Assembly: GCA_964187785.1 (NCBI GenBank)
Contig: OZ076416.1
Coordinates: 59,210,001 to 59,274,000, forward strand
Length of the DNA stretch: 64,000 nucleotides
Reading direction: 5' to 3'
Source of the DNA: Amphiscolops sp. MND2022
Taxonomy: Eukaryota
Of this stretch, positions 1-11,630 are shown piece by piece. Positions within the stretch are counted from its first letter, which is position 1. Each line of letters begins with the position of its first letter. A model generated the notes under the pieces. The model was not told the origin of the DNA and made no database searches. It worked only from the letters and a program-made list of their open reading frames with translations. The translations under genes were made by a program, and so were the position numbers.

Positions 1-78
1 GAATTTTCGATAAACATGTTACATGGTATTTTTTGATAAGTAGGGTCACGAGAGAAACAAAAAACGAAGTATTTAAGA

Positions 79-3000
79 TTATTGACTATCGGGAGAAACA
101 GAAGGCGGGACTACGGGTGCAAGTTTGACGATGGGTCGAACCAGGTTTCCTGTTGTTGTCTTCAGTTCTGCAGAGCGGGCGACTGAGTCGGGTCCGTAGT
201 TCAACTTAACCACACGTGCAAGTGAGTAATGTCCTCATGGACTCGTGGGCTCGACAATCCAGACAACATCTCTGGTCCTCAGGTCTCGATCTGATTGGGC
301 ACACCTCTTTGTACGGCGGTTAAGCGACGGAACGTTATCTCTTAACCAACGGTCCCAAATTGCATCTGAGTACGCTCGCGCGTAGCGTTACCTGTAGTCT
401 ACGTCGGCTCTTTGGTGCGATGGCAGTGTGGAACTCGCGGTTCTCAATAGGAAATGGTTTGGAGTCAAGGCGTCCAAAATTGTAGCGTTGGAGCTAACGG
501 GTACAAGTGGACGAGAATTGAGACTCTGTTCAACTAGACAGAAGGTAATTGTTAGTATCTCGTCAGTTAGGCGACGGTTTCCAAGGATTGCGTAAAAGAC
601 GTGTTTGAAGCTTCTGACAATTCGTTTCCAGACACCTCCGTGGTGAGGAGCACTGGGAGGATTGAATTTCCAGTGATCCATTTTTTGACCAAACCTTCAG
701 ACAGACTTTTTTGATTCCACGTTGACACGTTTTGTAGCAACTCCTTTTCGCTGGCGATGAAGTTGGTTCCGTTGTCAGATCACAAAACTGATGGGATGCC
801 CCGACAAGCAGCGAATCTTCCAATTCCCATGACACAGCTACTAGTGTCCATTGACGGAACAACTTCAACATGAACAGCTCTGGTAGTTAAGCAAATGAAG
901 ACGAATCCTCATCGTTTTTCGGTTGATCTTTTCACAGCTACGTAAAACGGACCAAAATGATCGATTCCTGTGTTCGTAAATGGACGCTCTTTAAATGCCA
1001 GTCTTTCTCGAGTAAGTTCTGACATTATCGAGTTGAGAGTTTTCGCTCGAGTTTGCGGCAAGTGACACATTTGGAAACAATTGAGCTCAGGGCGGTTCTA
1101 AGCTTGACGATGGCGAACTGTTGCTGCCCTCAAGTAGTCGACACCCTGATGGCAATGCGCTTCGTGGAGTTGTTCCAAGTACAAACGTACGGCCGGGTGA
1201 CGATTGTCCAGTAAAATTGGGTCTTTTGCGTCAAAAGTGGGAACTGTTAGTTGTTTGGTCCGGCCGGTTGCTCGCAGTAGGCCTTGAGGCCCAATGAAAG
1301 GGGAGAATTGAGAACTTTTTGAGGAGTTGCTGACGGGGTATTGTTTCAGCAAACACTTCATTTCGACGGGAAATGACTCTTGTTGGATGAGATAGAAAAG
1401 TATCATTTGAGCATTTTGCAATTCGCTTGGGTCAGTTATTAAACCAGAGTCGGAGCGATAAAATTCGGTTTTTAGCAGTAGACGCAAAATGTAAGCAACA
1501 ACGTGCAGAAGTTTCTCGTACGAGCTTCACTTCTGCCACTCGAAAATTGTCGCGATGCCGATCACAGTTGCGCTTAGAGCTGTCTCACACTCCGAGGTTT
1601 CTTCTGAATTGGGAGTCTGTGGCTCTTTCGCTTTCAATTTGATCTCAACTTCTTTTGGTGGTTTGAACGGCCAGTCATGTGTTCGCAAGAATGAAGGACC
1701 TTTGAGCCAAGGACTTTCACGAAGCGAATTGGCTGAGAGACCCCGCGTTCCTGCATCAACGGGGTTGTCACACGACTTGACGTAATTCCCTTCATCCACT
1801 GTTGTTAGTTCCAGGAAATTCGGCAACACCGTCGTATTGTCCGTCCACATGAAAGTTGTCAATTCTGACCGTTAGAGCATTTTCAATTTCTTTTCAGAGT
1901 CGTGCAGCAAGCACCGAGGTTTGTAGCTCGAGCTTCGGGATCGTTAGGGCTTTCATGGGTGCCACTCTGGTTTTCCCGAAGACAAAAGCTACCTCTGTGG
2001 TGTGGTCTGTCGCGGTGGCAACTTTTCTTCGTAGGAAGGCGACGGCACTGGGAGCTATCGCCGAACATATGAAACTCCAGAGATTCAACTCGCTCTTCGA
2101 AGTAGCTCCCTGGGATTTGAATTTCGCTCAAAGTTGGCCGCTCTTTGCTCCATTCGTTGAACTTGGTTACGATTCTGTCCGGCAGATCATCATCCCACTG
2201 CTGACCACTTATTCTGCAGATGTCTTTCAACAAGAGTCTTACTTGACGGTATACGGATCGTAAACGGCCGTGACTAAACTCAGTAGCACTCGCTGAGTAA
2301 GTGTTTTGTTGATATCAGGGTTCGTTCCCCGACTTACTATGAAGGTATCAGAGGCATGATTCCACTTAAGTCCCAAGAACTGTGAGGACTCGTCCGGTTT
2401 CGGAATCACCTTCGCATGGGCTGGTGCTGGTTTACCGCTGTGTTGCAGTTCGGTTAGAAGGTGGTCGATGTTGGAGACAAACTTGGTTAAATTGAAGCCC
2501 CCTTTTTGCTAGCATTGTGATCAAGTCCTTCGCTTTGTTGCTGGCTTCTTCAACTGTGGGACTTGACTCCAAGTAGTCGTCCACGTAAAAACTGCGATGA
2601 ACGCTTTTCGCTGCTTCGAGGAAAGTGTCTTGGTTATCGCTACCAGTGCGCTTCAGCGCGTAGTTGGCACATGTTGGCGAGTCCTTGGATCCAAAGATGT
2701 GCCGCACGTATTGGTAGACAGCTACTTCTGAAGCTGTGTCTTTCCGCCATAGAAAACGAAGTGAACGTTGATCCTTTGGTATGACTCCTACTTGAAGAAA
2801 CATATCGTCTATGTCGGCAGAGACGGCGTACTTGTGTTGACGAAATCGGATAAGTATGTGTATCAAATTTTGAAGCAAGTCTGGTCCGGTTAACAAGGCG
2901 TTATTCAAGAATTTACCCTGTAACTTTGCTGCGCCATTCAACACCCTGAAAACCTTGCCGGGTTTGTGCGGATGCACTACTGGATGGTGTGGCAGGTACC

Positions 3001-6000
3001 ACTTGCGGGGTTGGTCCACTTTGAAACAGTCACTTTTGTCAATTTTGACGATGTATCCTTTGTCTAAGTCGTCGCGAATTGTCTTGGCATAGAGTTGTTG
3101 CAATTGCGAATCTTTGTCGAGGCGAAGTTCTTACGATTTTAGCTCCACGAGCGCAAAAAAGCAGTTTTTCGGCAAACTACTGTCGGTTTCGGTCCACAAC
3201 ATTGCCACATGGTATCGGTTATCATCGTGGTACGTCGTTTCTTCAAGTATTTCCAACGCTCTCGCATCGGCAGCGGAACACGAATCTTCTTGCTTGTTCG
3301 CTCCATACGATTCAAGATCGAACCAGCTCAGAGTCCAAATCTTTGCAAGAAGCAACAGCTTTAAAACAAGTTGAATAGAGACCTGAGGACGAGGGGAGCG
3401 GTCCACTCAAAACCCAACCCAACGGTAGACGAACGGCGACTGGAGCATCTTTGCGGTCGGAGTCAAAATACTCGAGCGGGCGGATCGAGTGAAACACATC
3501 CTGACCTAGGATCATTTCAACATCGGCGTAGCTGTACTTTTTCAAAGAGCTTGGTTGCAAATGGGGGTACTTGGTTTTTGAAAGTTCAACATCTATGTTG
3601 TCAGTTCCGACTTTAAGATCTTCCCTGACGTCCGGTTTGACAACAAAGGGAGAGCAAGAGCCACCCGAATGAACAGGTGTCAACTTGAGCTCCACCAGTT
3701 GCGTGTCTACGACCTTGGTCGGGGTGCCATGAACGTTCAACTTCAGTGCCAGATTTGCTGAGATCCAGTAATGGCTACAGGCAGAATCACACAGTGCCTT
3801 GACCTTTTCACTTTTGCCGTTCGCGTGAAGTTCAACGTCAGTTACTTGTAATAGGCCTTTAACATCGGCAACGGAAGACATGCCTGAGCTCTCGTCTGAT
3901 CTTTCGTTGTTCATTGACGTTTCAATACAAACAGATGTTTCAGTTTGTCCTTGTTCACATTAGTGACTTTCATTGTGAAAATTCTGTCAGCTCCGTGCAA
4001 GAAAGTGTTATGTGAACTCCCGCATCCATCTTTGGTACACTTGCGGGGTTGCGGACGCTGGCGAAACGTGTCATTTCAGTTGAAGCATGAAAAGCGAAGC
4101 TTATTGTCAGCTACAATTTTTGCTCTCTCTGTGGGTGTTTTTATTCTGAATGCGGGACACCTACACAAAGGATGCTTGTCTTTACATGCAACACAAGTGT
4201 TGGGCGGTTTGTCATTCATGATTTTGTCGCTGGCACTTTGTTGGCTAGAAGTCGATGCGGCGAAAACATAAGAGGCAGTCTTTGTCTTAGTTACAGTCAC
4301 GTTGGTACTTTCTCCAGGTTTCGCTTTGTTCGGCAGAGACTTCATGCTCTCATGTGCTTCGGCTTTGTCTTTGAGCCAGTCATTGAAATCAATGAGCGTC
4401 GGTCTGTCCAAAGTTTGCCTCACTGTGTGCAGTGACCATGCTTCTTTCATGTTTGGCGGAAGCTTTTGAACGGCTTGTCCGAGCAATGATGCGCTCGACA
4501 GATCTTGGACGTAGTTCAGAGATCAGAAGACACCAACTAGAGAACAGGTTGTCGCTGAGTAACTGATGATGCTCTCGCTGTTGTGCATCTTCACAGGCGT
4601 AAAATTTGTCAACTCGTCCAGATAAGCAGTTACTACAGCCTGCGGCTGTCCAAACTTCCGTTCTAGTGTTTTTAGGGCGTCTCTATACAACGCTCCGCAG
4701 TAAGCAAAATCAGCGATGTCAGTCTTTGCTTTGCCTGTAACAAGAGTCTTGAGGTACGTTAACTTGACGTCATCTCTGAGTGGCGCCGAGTCGACAACAC
4801 GTTTGAACTGACCGAACCATTCATGCCATTGAATCGGGTTGCCGTTGTATTGTGCTAATTTCCACTCCGGTAAATGGTCTTTCTTCGTTGAAGCTAACAA
4901 CAATGCAAGATCTTGTATCGTGAATCCGGTTGTAGTTGGTTGCATGGTCGTTGACGTTCCGGCTGGCACAAACGTAGCGGTTGTTGGACTAAGAGAATTC
5001 GTCGGTTGTGCTACTGTATTGTACACAATTGGCCTTGTAACGGTTTCTCGTAGTACATGAAAAGTTCCACCAGTGGTAACGGGTACGGTCGGAGCGGCAT
5101 AGGCTGACGTGTGAGCAAACGGCATGAAGGTAGGTGCCGTCGGCTTTGTCGAGTGTGGAATTGTTGTTGGAATTGGTGCGGTGGTAACGGTCGGGTTCGG
5201 GAAGGTCCAAGCGGACAAGTTGGGGAGGATGTGGTTGATTGGCATTGTGAACGTGGTCATCCGTGCTGTCGTTTGTGGCGGTAAAACTTGCGCACTAAAA
5301 CTTCCAGTTTGGGTCGGGATGGTCGTCGGTTGAACTTGTTGGTGTACTATGACAGTCGATGTCGATGGTCCGGTATTTGCAAGGTTTTGCGCTGTTAGTG
5401 GAGGTGTCTGAATTTGTACGGCTGGAGCTTTATTCAAATTCAGTGATGAAACGATAGTTGTTGGCGATTGTACTACCACGTGTGTTTCCTTCAAATCAGC
5501 AGGTGCGAACGTCGGCTGAGAAATAATAATCGGAGGTTGCTAGGATGGCATCGAAACAGTTGTGTTGTTAATCAAAGTCGCAAGATTTGCAGTTACCACT
5601 GTTTCCGCCTCCTGATTAGTTGCAGGAACATTTGGCGAGTTGTTGACCCAGACACTAACTCGTCGCGTTTCGCAAGCGGACGTGGTTCTGCTCAACCGCG
5701 AAAGAGTTCCATGAGCATCTTCGTTAGCTTCGGATGCGTCATTTTGAAATTCAAGTTCAACTAGATGCGCCTCTGCAAGTCTTTTGCGGTTCTCTTCTTG
5801 CAGTTGTTCGAGTTCCAACTCCTGCTGTTGTAAAGCATCTTCGTTTTGCCTTTCAACTTCTTCTCGCTTATGTTTGGCAATGAACAAGTCTTGTTTTAGC
5901 TGACATGAAATTTTCGAAACTTTGCTGCTTGAAGTTTTGCTCGACTTGGTCTTTTTAGTGGAAGATTTGAGTGAAATTTGCGAGGAGTTATCTGTTTTGG

Positions 6001-6319
6001 AACAATGGTCGACATATTCCCTTGCACTCCTCAAAATTGCATCATTTAGTACGGTGGTATCGTTCAGCCAGTTCTCTAAGTCCGCTGTGACATTTGCCGG
6101 GTCGTTGCTTTTCTTGGCAAGCCCGAGTAGCTGTTCGTTCTTAGCGAAAGCTTTCGTCAATGCCTTTTCGCAAGAAGTGACCAAACGTTTGACGCGGACG
6201 CGTCTGTCGGCGTTGTTTACTGCTTCTGGCACGTCTTTCTGATATTTATTCAAGTCAGTTTTGGCTTTCGCGCAACTGTCGAACAACTTTTGCACCTTTC
6301 CTTGTACGGGGTTCACCAT
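79..6319 (-). mobile_element. Bel/Pao LTR retrotransposon A, decayed gag-pol (many frameshifts and stops; LTRs not identified)
   Basis: Domains appear in order on the minus strand. Gag starts at 6319 and includes the motif LPEWKLAQYNGNPIQWHEWFGQF and Cys/His knuckles CVACKDKHPLCRC. Then protease KALCDSAC, RT WYLPHHPVVHPHKPGK...YVDDY, RNase H FHMFGDSS and FGKTRVAPMKALTIPKLEL, and integrase WKFNPPSAPHHGG. The C-terminus LARVVKLNYGPDSVARSAELKT...VRPIVKLAP ends at a stop at 79-81. Confidence 0.95.
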
Positions 6320-6782
6320 GGATTTAATATAAAAAGTTTCTTTTTCTTTTGAGATCGTTCAAAACCTTCAAGACGTCAACCAAACATATAATTCTGGACA
6401 GAGTTTAAAGTTACTGGGTACTTTCTCAGAGCGGTAAATCAAGTGCGCGGAACAGTAAAACTGTTACAATATCATCCGAACAATTACGTCGAAACAGAAA
6501 CCTAAAAGATACTCAAAACTAAAACTTTAAAAACAAACCTAAAAGACACTCAAATCTAAAAGGTACTTTTTCGGAAGGAATGCTTGTGGACCCGGTGTAT
6601 TTTATAGTAAAAAACTCAGTTTCAATTATTCCACTGTCTCAATTTCAACCGGTCATTGAAGTCGGACTCGATCTTGACAGTCGATTAGATGAAAGGAATA
6701 ACGTTTGCAGAGTATCAACCAGACAGCGAAGTCTGGACATCGTCTCTACAGCGAGGAGGAATAAAATGGGGGGCTTGCGGGC

Positions 6783-7403
6783 TTACTGAGACTCGGAAGA
6801 GGCAGCTGCTTTCTTAGCGGCGTTACGAGCATGCTTACTGGGTCTCTTAGTACGGCTTTTTTTGGTAATCGAAGAAAGATTGTTCTCTTTACGGAGCAAG
6901 AAATTCAAATTTTTCAGTTCGAGCTAAGGACTCTGGTGTGGTGCTTTTAAATTTTTCAGAACTTCGGTATCCTTCTGTTTTTTCGGCGAAATGAAATCTT
7001 TGACAATATTGAACACTTTGATGTCAAGATAGGTTTCTAAGACTTTCAATTGTTCAGAAATGTCCTGGGTACGATAACGGTGGCAATACACCAGAGCACT
7101 GAGTCTGTCTTGAAGGCTTTTCAAGTTTTCGATCAGTTCTGACACTGATAATGCACGGAAATCGTTGCTACCATGTCGAGAAATGCTGTTATTCAAAACA
7201 TCATGCCAAATTACAATAATGTATTTTCCCTCTTTCAGATCTTTTGAATTAAAATTTTGAACAATCTTTCTGGGATTTTTCGTAATCGGATTAAGACTTA
7301 GGTCCGGAATGGTATAGGTTTCCTCTTTACACGGTTTTTTGGCTTCGGGGTTTAAAGTCTCCGATGCATGGTGCAAAAAACTAGCTGCTAGTATGAAAAC
7401 CAT
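6783..7403 (-). pseudogene. Accessory ORF upstream of gag of element A; SGNH/GDSL-hydrolase-like, one internal TAG at 6924-6926
   Basis: The track ORF 6924..7403 continues in frame past the TAG as LELKNLNFLLRKENNLSSITKKSRTKRPSKHARNAAKKAAASSESQ to a TAA at 6783. It aligns along its whole length with the ORF at 20436-21019. The fold assignment is an inference from motif spacing. Confidence 0.75.
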
Positions 7404-7650
7404 GCGTTTTTTTCTTTAAAACAAAAATGCAATTAATTTTTTTCGAACGAGAAAAACTTCCAATGAGACATGTTTGCTGTTTTAGTAGGTTCTTTTTTTC
7501 ACTGCAACTCGTCAATCAATTCAATTGCTTTTAAAAGTCAAAAAATTTCAAAGATTTAAAAGGGGCTTTGCCATCTCGAAAAATAAATGTTTTATAAAAG
7601 AAGCGCCAAGTTTAAAAGTTTTCGAGACCCTTTCTCTCGATTACTCACGA

Positions 7651-7805
7651 CCACTTTCGGGGCTTCAAGAGGCACTTTCGGGGCTTCAAGAGGCACTTTC
7701 GGGGCTTCGGGGGCACCCTCAGGGCTTCTGAGGGGCACTTTCAGGGCTTCGAAGGGGCGCCTTCAGGGCTTCGTGGCACCTTCAGGGATTCGGGGGGCAC
7801 CTTGG
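7651..7805. repeat. ~21-bp tandem minisatellite (GCACTTTCGGGGCTTCAAGAG and variants)
   Basis: Units are directly visible and degrade toward the right. Confidence 0.85.
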
Positions 7806-8145
7806 TGGATGAAGAAACCTTCTCGGCGGGTGAATAAAGACAATAAGGTGCCTCTCAATGGCCACCATAAAGAAACTGTAAATTCAGTTAATACAGTTCG
7901 TAATACAGTTTGAAAGGGGTCGGCCAATAATGCATATATTAGGTTTCGAGATAGCAAAACCCTTTTTTGTAATGTTTGGAAAAATCCATTCATCAATTCT
8001 CAGTTTGCGGGAACAATTTTCCAAAGTAACTTTTGTTTGTTTCACTACATCAAAAAAAACTGACTCATGTTTTTCATTCAGTTTTTATTTGTTACGCAAC
8101 ACCTCCGGTGGTAGGTTGTATAACCGAACGCCAAAAAAGTAAAAC

Positions 8146-8570
8146 AAATTTAGGCTCTTTTCTGTTTTCCCCCCCACCACCAATTTTTTTTGAAAAAATA
8201 CTGAAAATCTAATAACAAAAAGACTTGAAAACAAATCAGAAAGCTTCAAATTTTCATTTATTCTTAGTGTGACAGTTTAGGATTCAGATACAAACTTTGT
8301 TCACATTTTTTTCAATATGTAGTCACGTATTTTTGATGAAGAAATCAACAGCTTCCTGTTTTGAGTAATCAATAAACACTTAATACGAACAAAATTATAG
8401 TCAAAAAGCGTGAACAATGTTTTGTTCAAGCAAAAAACTAATCCAATAGATGTTATCTTCCCATTATGAAAGAAGGTTTTACTTTTAATTAGGATAGTCT
8501 AAAGTTTTTAAGGAAATTTACTTCCAAAAATTTTGGTGGTGGGGGGGAAAACAGAAAAGAGCCCAAATTT
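8146..8570. mobile_element. MITE with ~45-bp terminal inverted repeats (TIRs)
   Basis: AAATTTAGGCTCTTTTCTGTTTTCCCCCCCACCACCAA at 8146 is the reverse complement (1-2 mismatches) of TTGGTGGTGGGGGGGAAAACAGAAAAGAGCCCAAATTT ending at 8570. The TSD is not clean. Confidence 0.65.
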
Positions 8571-10148
8571 AGCGCAAATTTTCTCGTTTTTCTTCTTTTC
8601 TTGTGTGGCTGCTTTATCCCACTAATATCAAGACTGGGTCAAAGTGACCATCGCATAATTTGAAACATGGGGAAATGCAGTCAAAGCCACGAGGCTTGCA
8701 AAGTTTTGGCGCAAAGTCCGGAGGTCCGGAGCCAGTCCAGTAGTACAAAAATCAAATTGAAAGCCCTGATTGTCTTCTTTCGAACGCGCTATAAGTCGTC
8801 TGTCGGACTTAAAGAGTTTTGGAGATATTGCAGTTTATAGTTCAAGCATCACATTTTTGGATAGATTCGGAAAATTCCTCCTCCATTCCGGGTTAATAGC
8901 AGAATTCTTAATTCTGATTGGTCGGTCGCTCCATTCGACAGTAAGCTTCGAATGATGAAACTATTATGCAACTTCGCAACCATTCAGAGTCAATGAACGT
9001 CAAGGTGGTAGTTTGCTTATTTCGTCGTCCAATCAGATTTGAGGTCCGCTTTATATTCGTTCTTTTAAAGCTCGTTCGGTTATACGAACGGCTACCCTGA
9101 CCTCACACTCCATTACGTCATACACATTATTACGTCACTCTCCAGATTTACTGCACCGGACTAAAAACCATTTTTTTAAATATCCAAACTTGGTTTCTCC
9201 ATAATTGAAACAAGGTTCCCATCAACCTCTGTCAGTTTGGAAAAATTCCCAGCGAAAACGGTCTGATTCATAATACTGATAGTAGAAAGTGTGAAGGGTA
9301 CCATACATTAAGGCATATTTATAACAAAAACTTTTTAGGAGTCGGAAAAAGTTTTCGACTACTTATGCAATCATACTTTTTTCTCCCGACTTATCAATGA
9401 ACGTTTCAAATTTCTCAAAAACTGTCCATACTATTTTTATAAAATTTTACAGTCATTCTACACCCAAAGGTGCTCATGCGTAAGCAATGGTATCAAAATT
9501 CTATTAGTGCGAATTGAGAAACATAGCCAAAATTAGTCCAATTATGGCCAAAAAACAGCAATTTTTCGACTTTGTGCGATTCTCAAAATTTCTCCAAACG
9601 ATTCGAACGAAATTTTCTACAGTGTTCTAGACCATATTAGGATTCTATGTGCAATGGCATCAAAATCGTATCATTGGGATCTGAGAAACAAAATAAAATT
9701 TAGTCCCAGAATGGCCAACGACTCCTTTGCCACACATGCGGCTCTGGTTTGAATATCCAAACTTCGCTTACCGGGCTAATAACATCTTTTCTCCATTATT
9801 AAAGCAATTTCACGAATCTCTGTTAGTTTGGAAAAGCATTTACATAAAAACGGTTGGATTTGTCAAATTGACAATCGAAAGTCTAAAACTCGTAACTCGT
9901 GAATCAAAGCTGTTGCTAACTTTCATGTATTTAGGTTATTTTCACGGTTCACATACTGTAGGGTACCGAACATTACCGCATATAGAACTTTTTTTCGGAA
10001 AAAACTTTTCAGAAGAAATCCTCCATCGTATTCGTTTTCTATTTGTTAGTGCTTCACTGATGAAACCACTGTTTAGTTCCCTGTCAAACATCTAACATTT
10101 TGAGGACTTCGTAGAAATTTTTCTTAAAGTACTCTCCAGGATACCAGC

Positions 10149-11479
10149 TTTTTAATCGGCGCTTTTCGAAGAAAACACAGACTATATGTAACGAAAAGCG
10201 CTTAGCGTTTATTCGCGACGCAGGGCGGAGGAACTGAAGCCATAGGTAATGATCCGGGACCGATCGCCATGATTCCAGTTCATTTTGTCCTCCTAGGGAA
10301 TGCCGGTCCCGAGAAGGGAGAACCGTCTCTAAGGGTGCTTTCTGACCGGTTCCGGTCTGTAACTGCTACTAGTCACATGAAATACGCTTTTTCCTCGTAT
10401 CCACTGTGTAAATAGCCTGTAAAAATAGGGTTAAGCTGCATAGAACTGAATTAAATGGTCCAGATGGAAATCCATCGTATATGACATTAACATTAACAGA
10501 GGTAGCTCTCGAGTAAAGAATTCATCAAACAAATCAATGAACACATCAAAAAGGCATGAAAATCCAGTTTGGCGAATCTAAAATCACTCAGGGTGGCATG
10601 GCACTGGTTCTCGGGTTCGACACAACCCTGGGTCCGGGCGCTGCAATCACTCGGACATGCTGGTTTCGTCTGATTTACGATAGGCACCGTGGGAATTAGC
10701 GCATGGGCTTTCGATTTGTCGATTCTGTGACGTTGTGCACGCTTCTTTTATCGTCGTGTCACTTTTTTTGCCTCGCGGGCTTTGCTTGTCCACGCTCTCT
10801 ATGATTTTTGCGGGACTGGTACCTCGTGAACGCATGTTTGAGGGCCACGTCACTTTCACAAAATTTTCAGAAAATCGTCAAACTTCGAAAATTTTTTTGG
10901 TCATAGGGTGCCGTTACAATAGCTGTGACTTTTCTTTTTTAAGACCAACGAAGTAACAGATTTTATAAGCTTTATAAGCTGGCTTGCACTATCACTAACT
11001 GTCACACTACTTCTACTGGCACTTGGCATAAAGGTTATTTAGGATTTTTTGAGGTCTGCCAAGCAGAAGGATGTGGGTTCGAGTCTCGCCCTTGACGAAA
11101 TTTTTTTGCATGTTATTTCGGCTTTGTGAGACTTTTTTTGCAAATTTTTTTAATGCCTCCAAAGGGTCCCCCTTCATTTTTTTTTCTATTTTGCAACATA
11201 ATGGATGTTCCAAAAATTCCAAACGGTCCCCCTTTTACATTTTTCGGCACTATGCGACTTACCAGACTCTTCAAAAAGTAATTAGGCTAATTAGGCTTTT
11301 TTGAGATCCCCTTTTGCATATTTCGGCACTCTGCGACTTACCGGAGACTTCAAAAAAACTCCGAAAAAAATTTTTCCCCTCATTCGGGTACTGTAGAAGA
11401 GAGTACTTGACACTTTGAAGTCCTTTTGCTATTTTTGAGCCTTAGATATGCGCCGACTTGGGCCGTTCGCGGCTTGTTT
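10149..11479 (+). mobile_element. HINE (Helentron/DINE-1-like non-autonomous element) interrupted by a solo LTR
   Basis: 5' T-run + AATCGGCGC; 3' GCGCCGACT + hairpin GCCG-TTCG-CGGC + TTGTTT. Confidence 0.75.
10187..10918. mobile_element. Probable solo LTR (732 bp)
   Basis: Termini are TGTAACG...CGTTACA. It interrupts the HINE motif GACTATAGCAGTGAC, which is uninterrupted at this position in other copies (e.g. ~28962). Only a 3-bp ATA duplication is visible. Confidence 0.6.
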
Positions 11480-11586
11480 CATTTTATTTTGAGAGAATTT
11501 TTTCTGAGTGACAGGTAAATATACAGCAGATGAGGATTGTGTTAACATGATTGCTGTTATTGAGGCAGCCGTTTTGACGATGATGA

Positions 11587-11630
11587 TGACGTAAATGATG
11601 ACGTCAGTGATGACGTCAGAGATGATGTCA
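11587..11630. promoter_or_regulatory. Four CRE-like sites at 12-bp period (TGACGTAA, TGACGTCA x2, TGATGTCA)
   Basis: The motifs are visible in a non-TE island. Function is untested. Confidence 0.3.

Noticed and set aside
1-78. 3' LTR/PPT of element A, with a candidate PBS-like TGGCGC near 7602-7607
   Set aside because: No matching direct repeat was found in the window and there is no CA terminus before the motif.
1427-6242. Plus-strand ORFs over element A, and minus-strand ORFs over element B and the bnc exon
   Set aside because: They are antisense shadows of real coding frames.
7525-7996. ORFs with LQEALSG / GASRGTF repeats
   Set aside because: They are translations of the 21-bp minisatellite.
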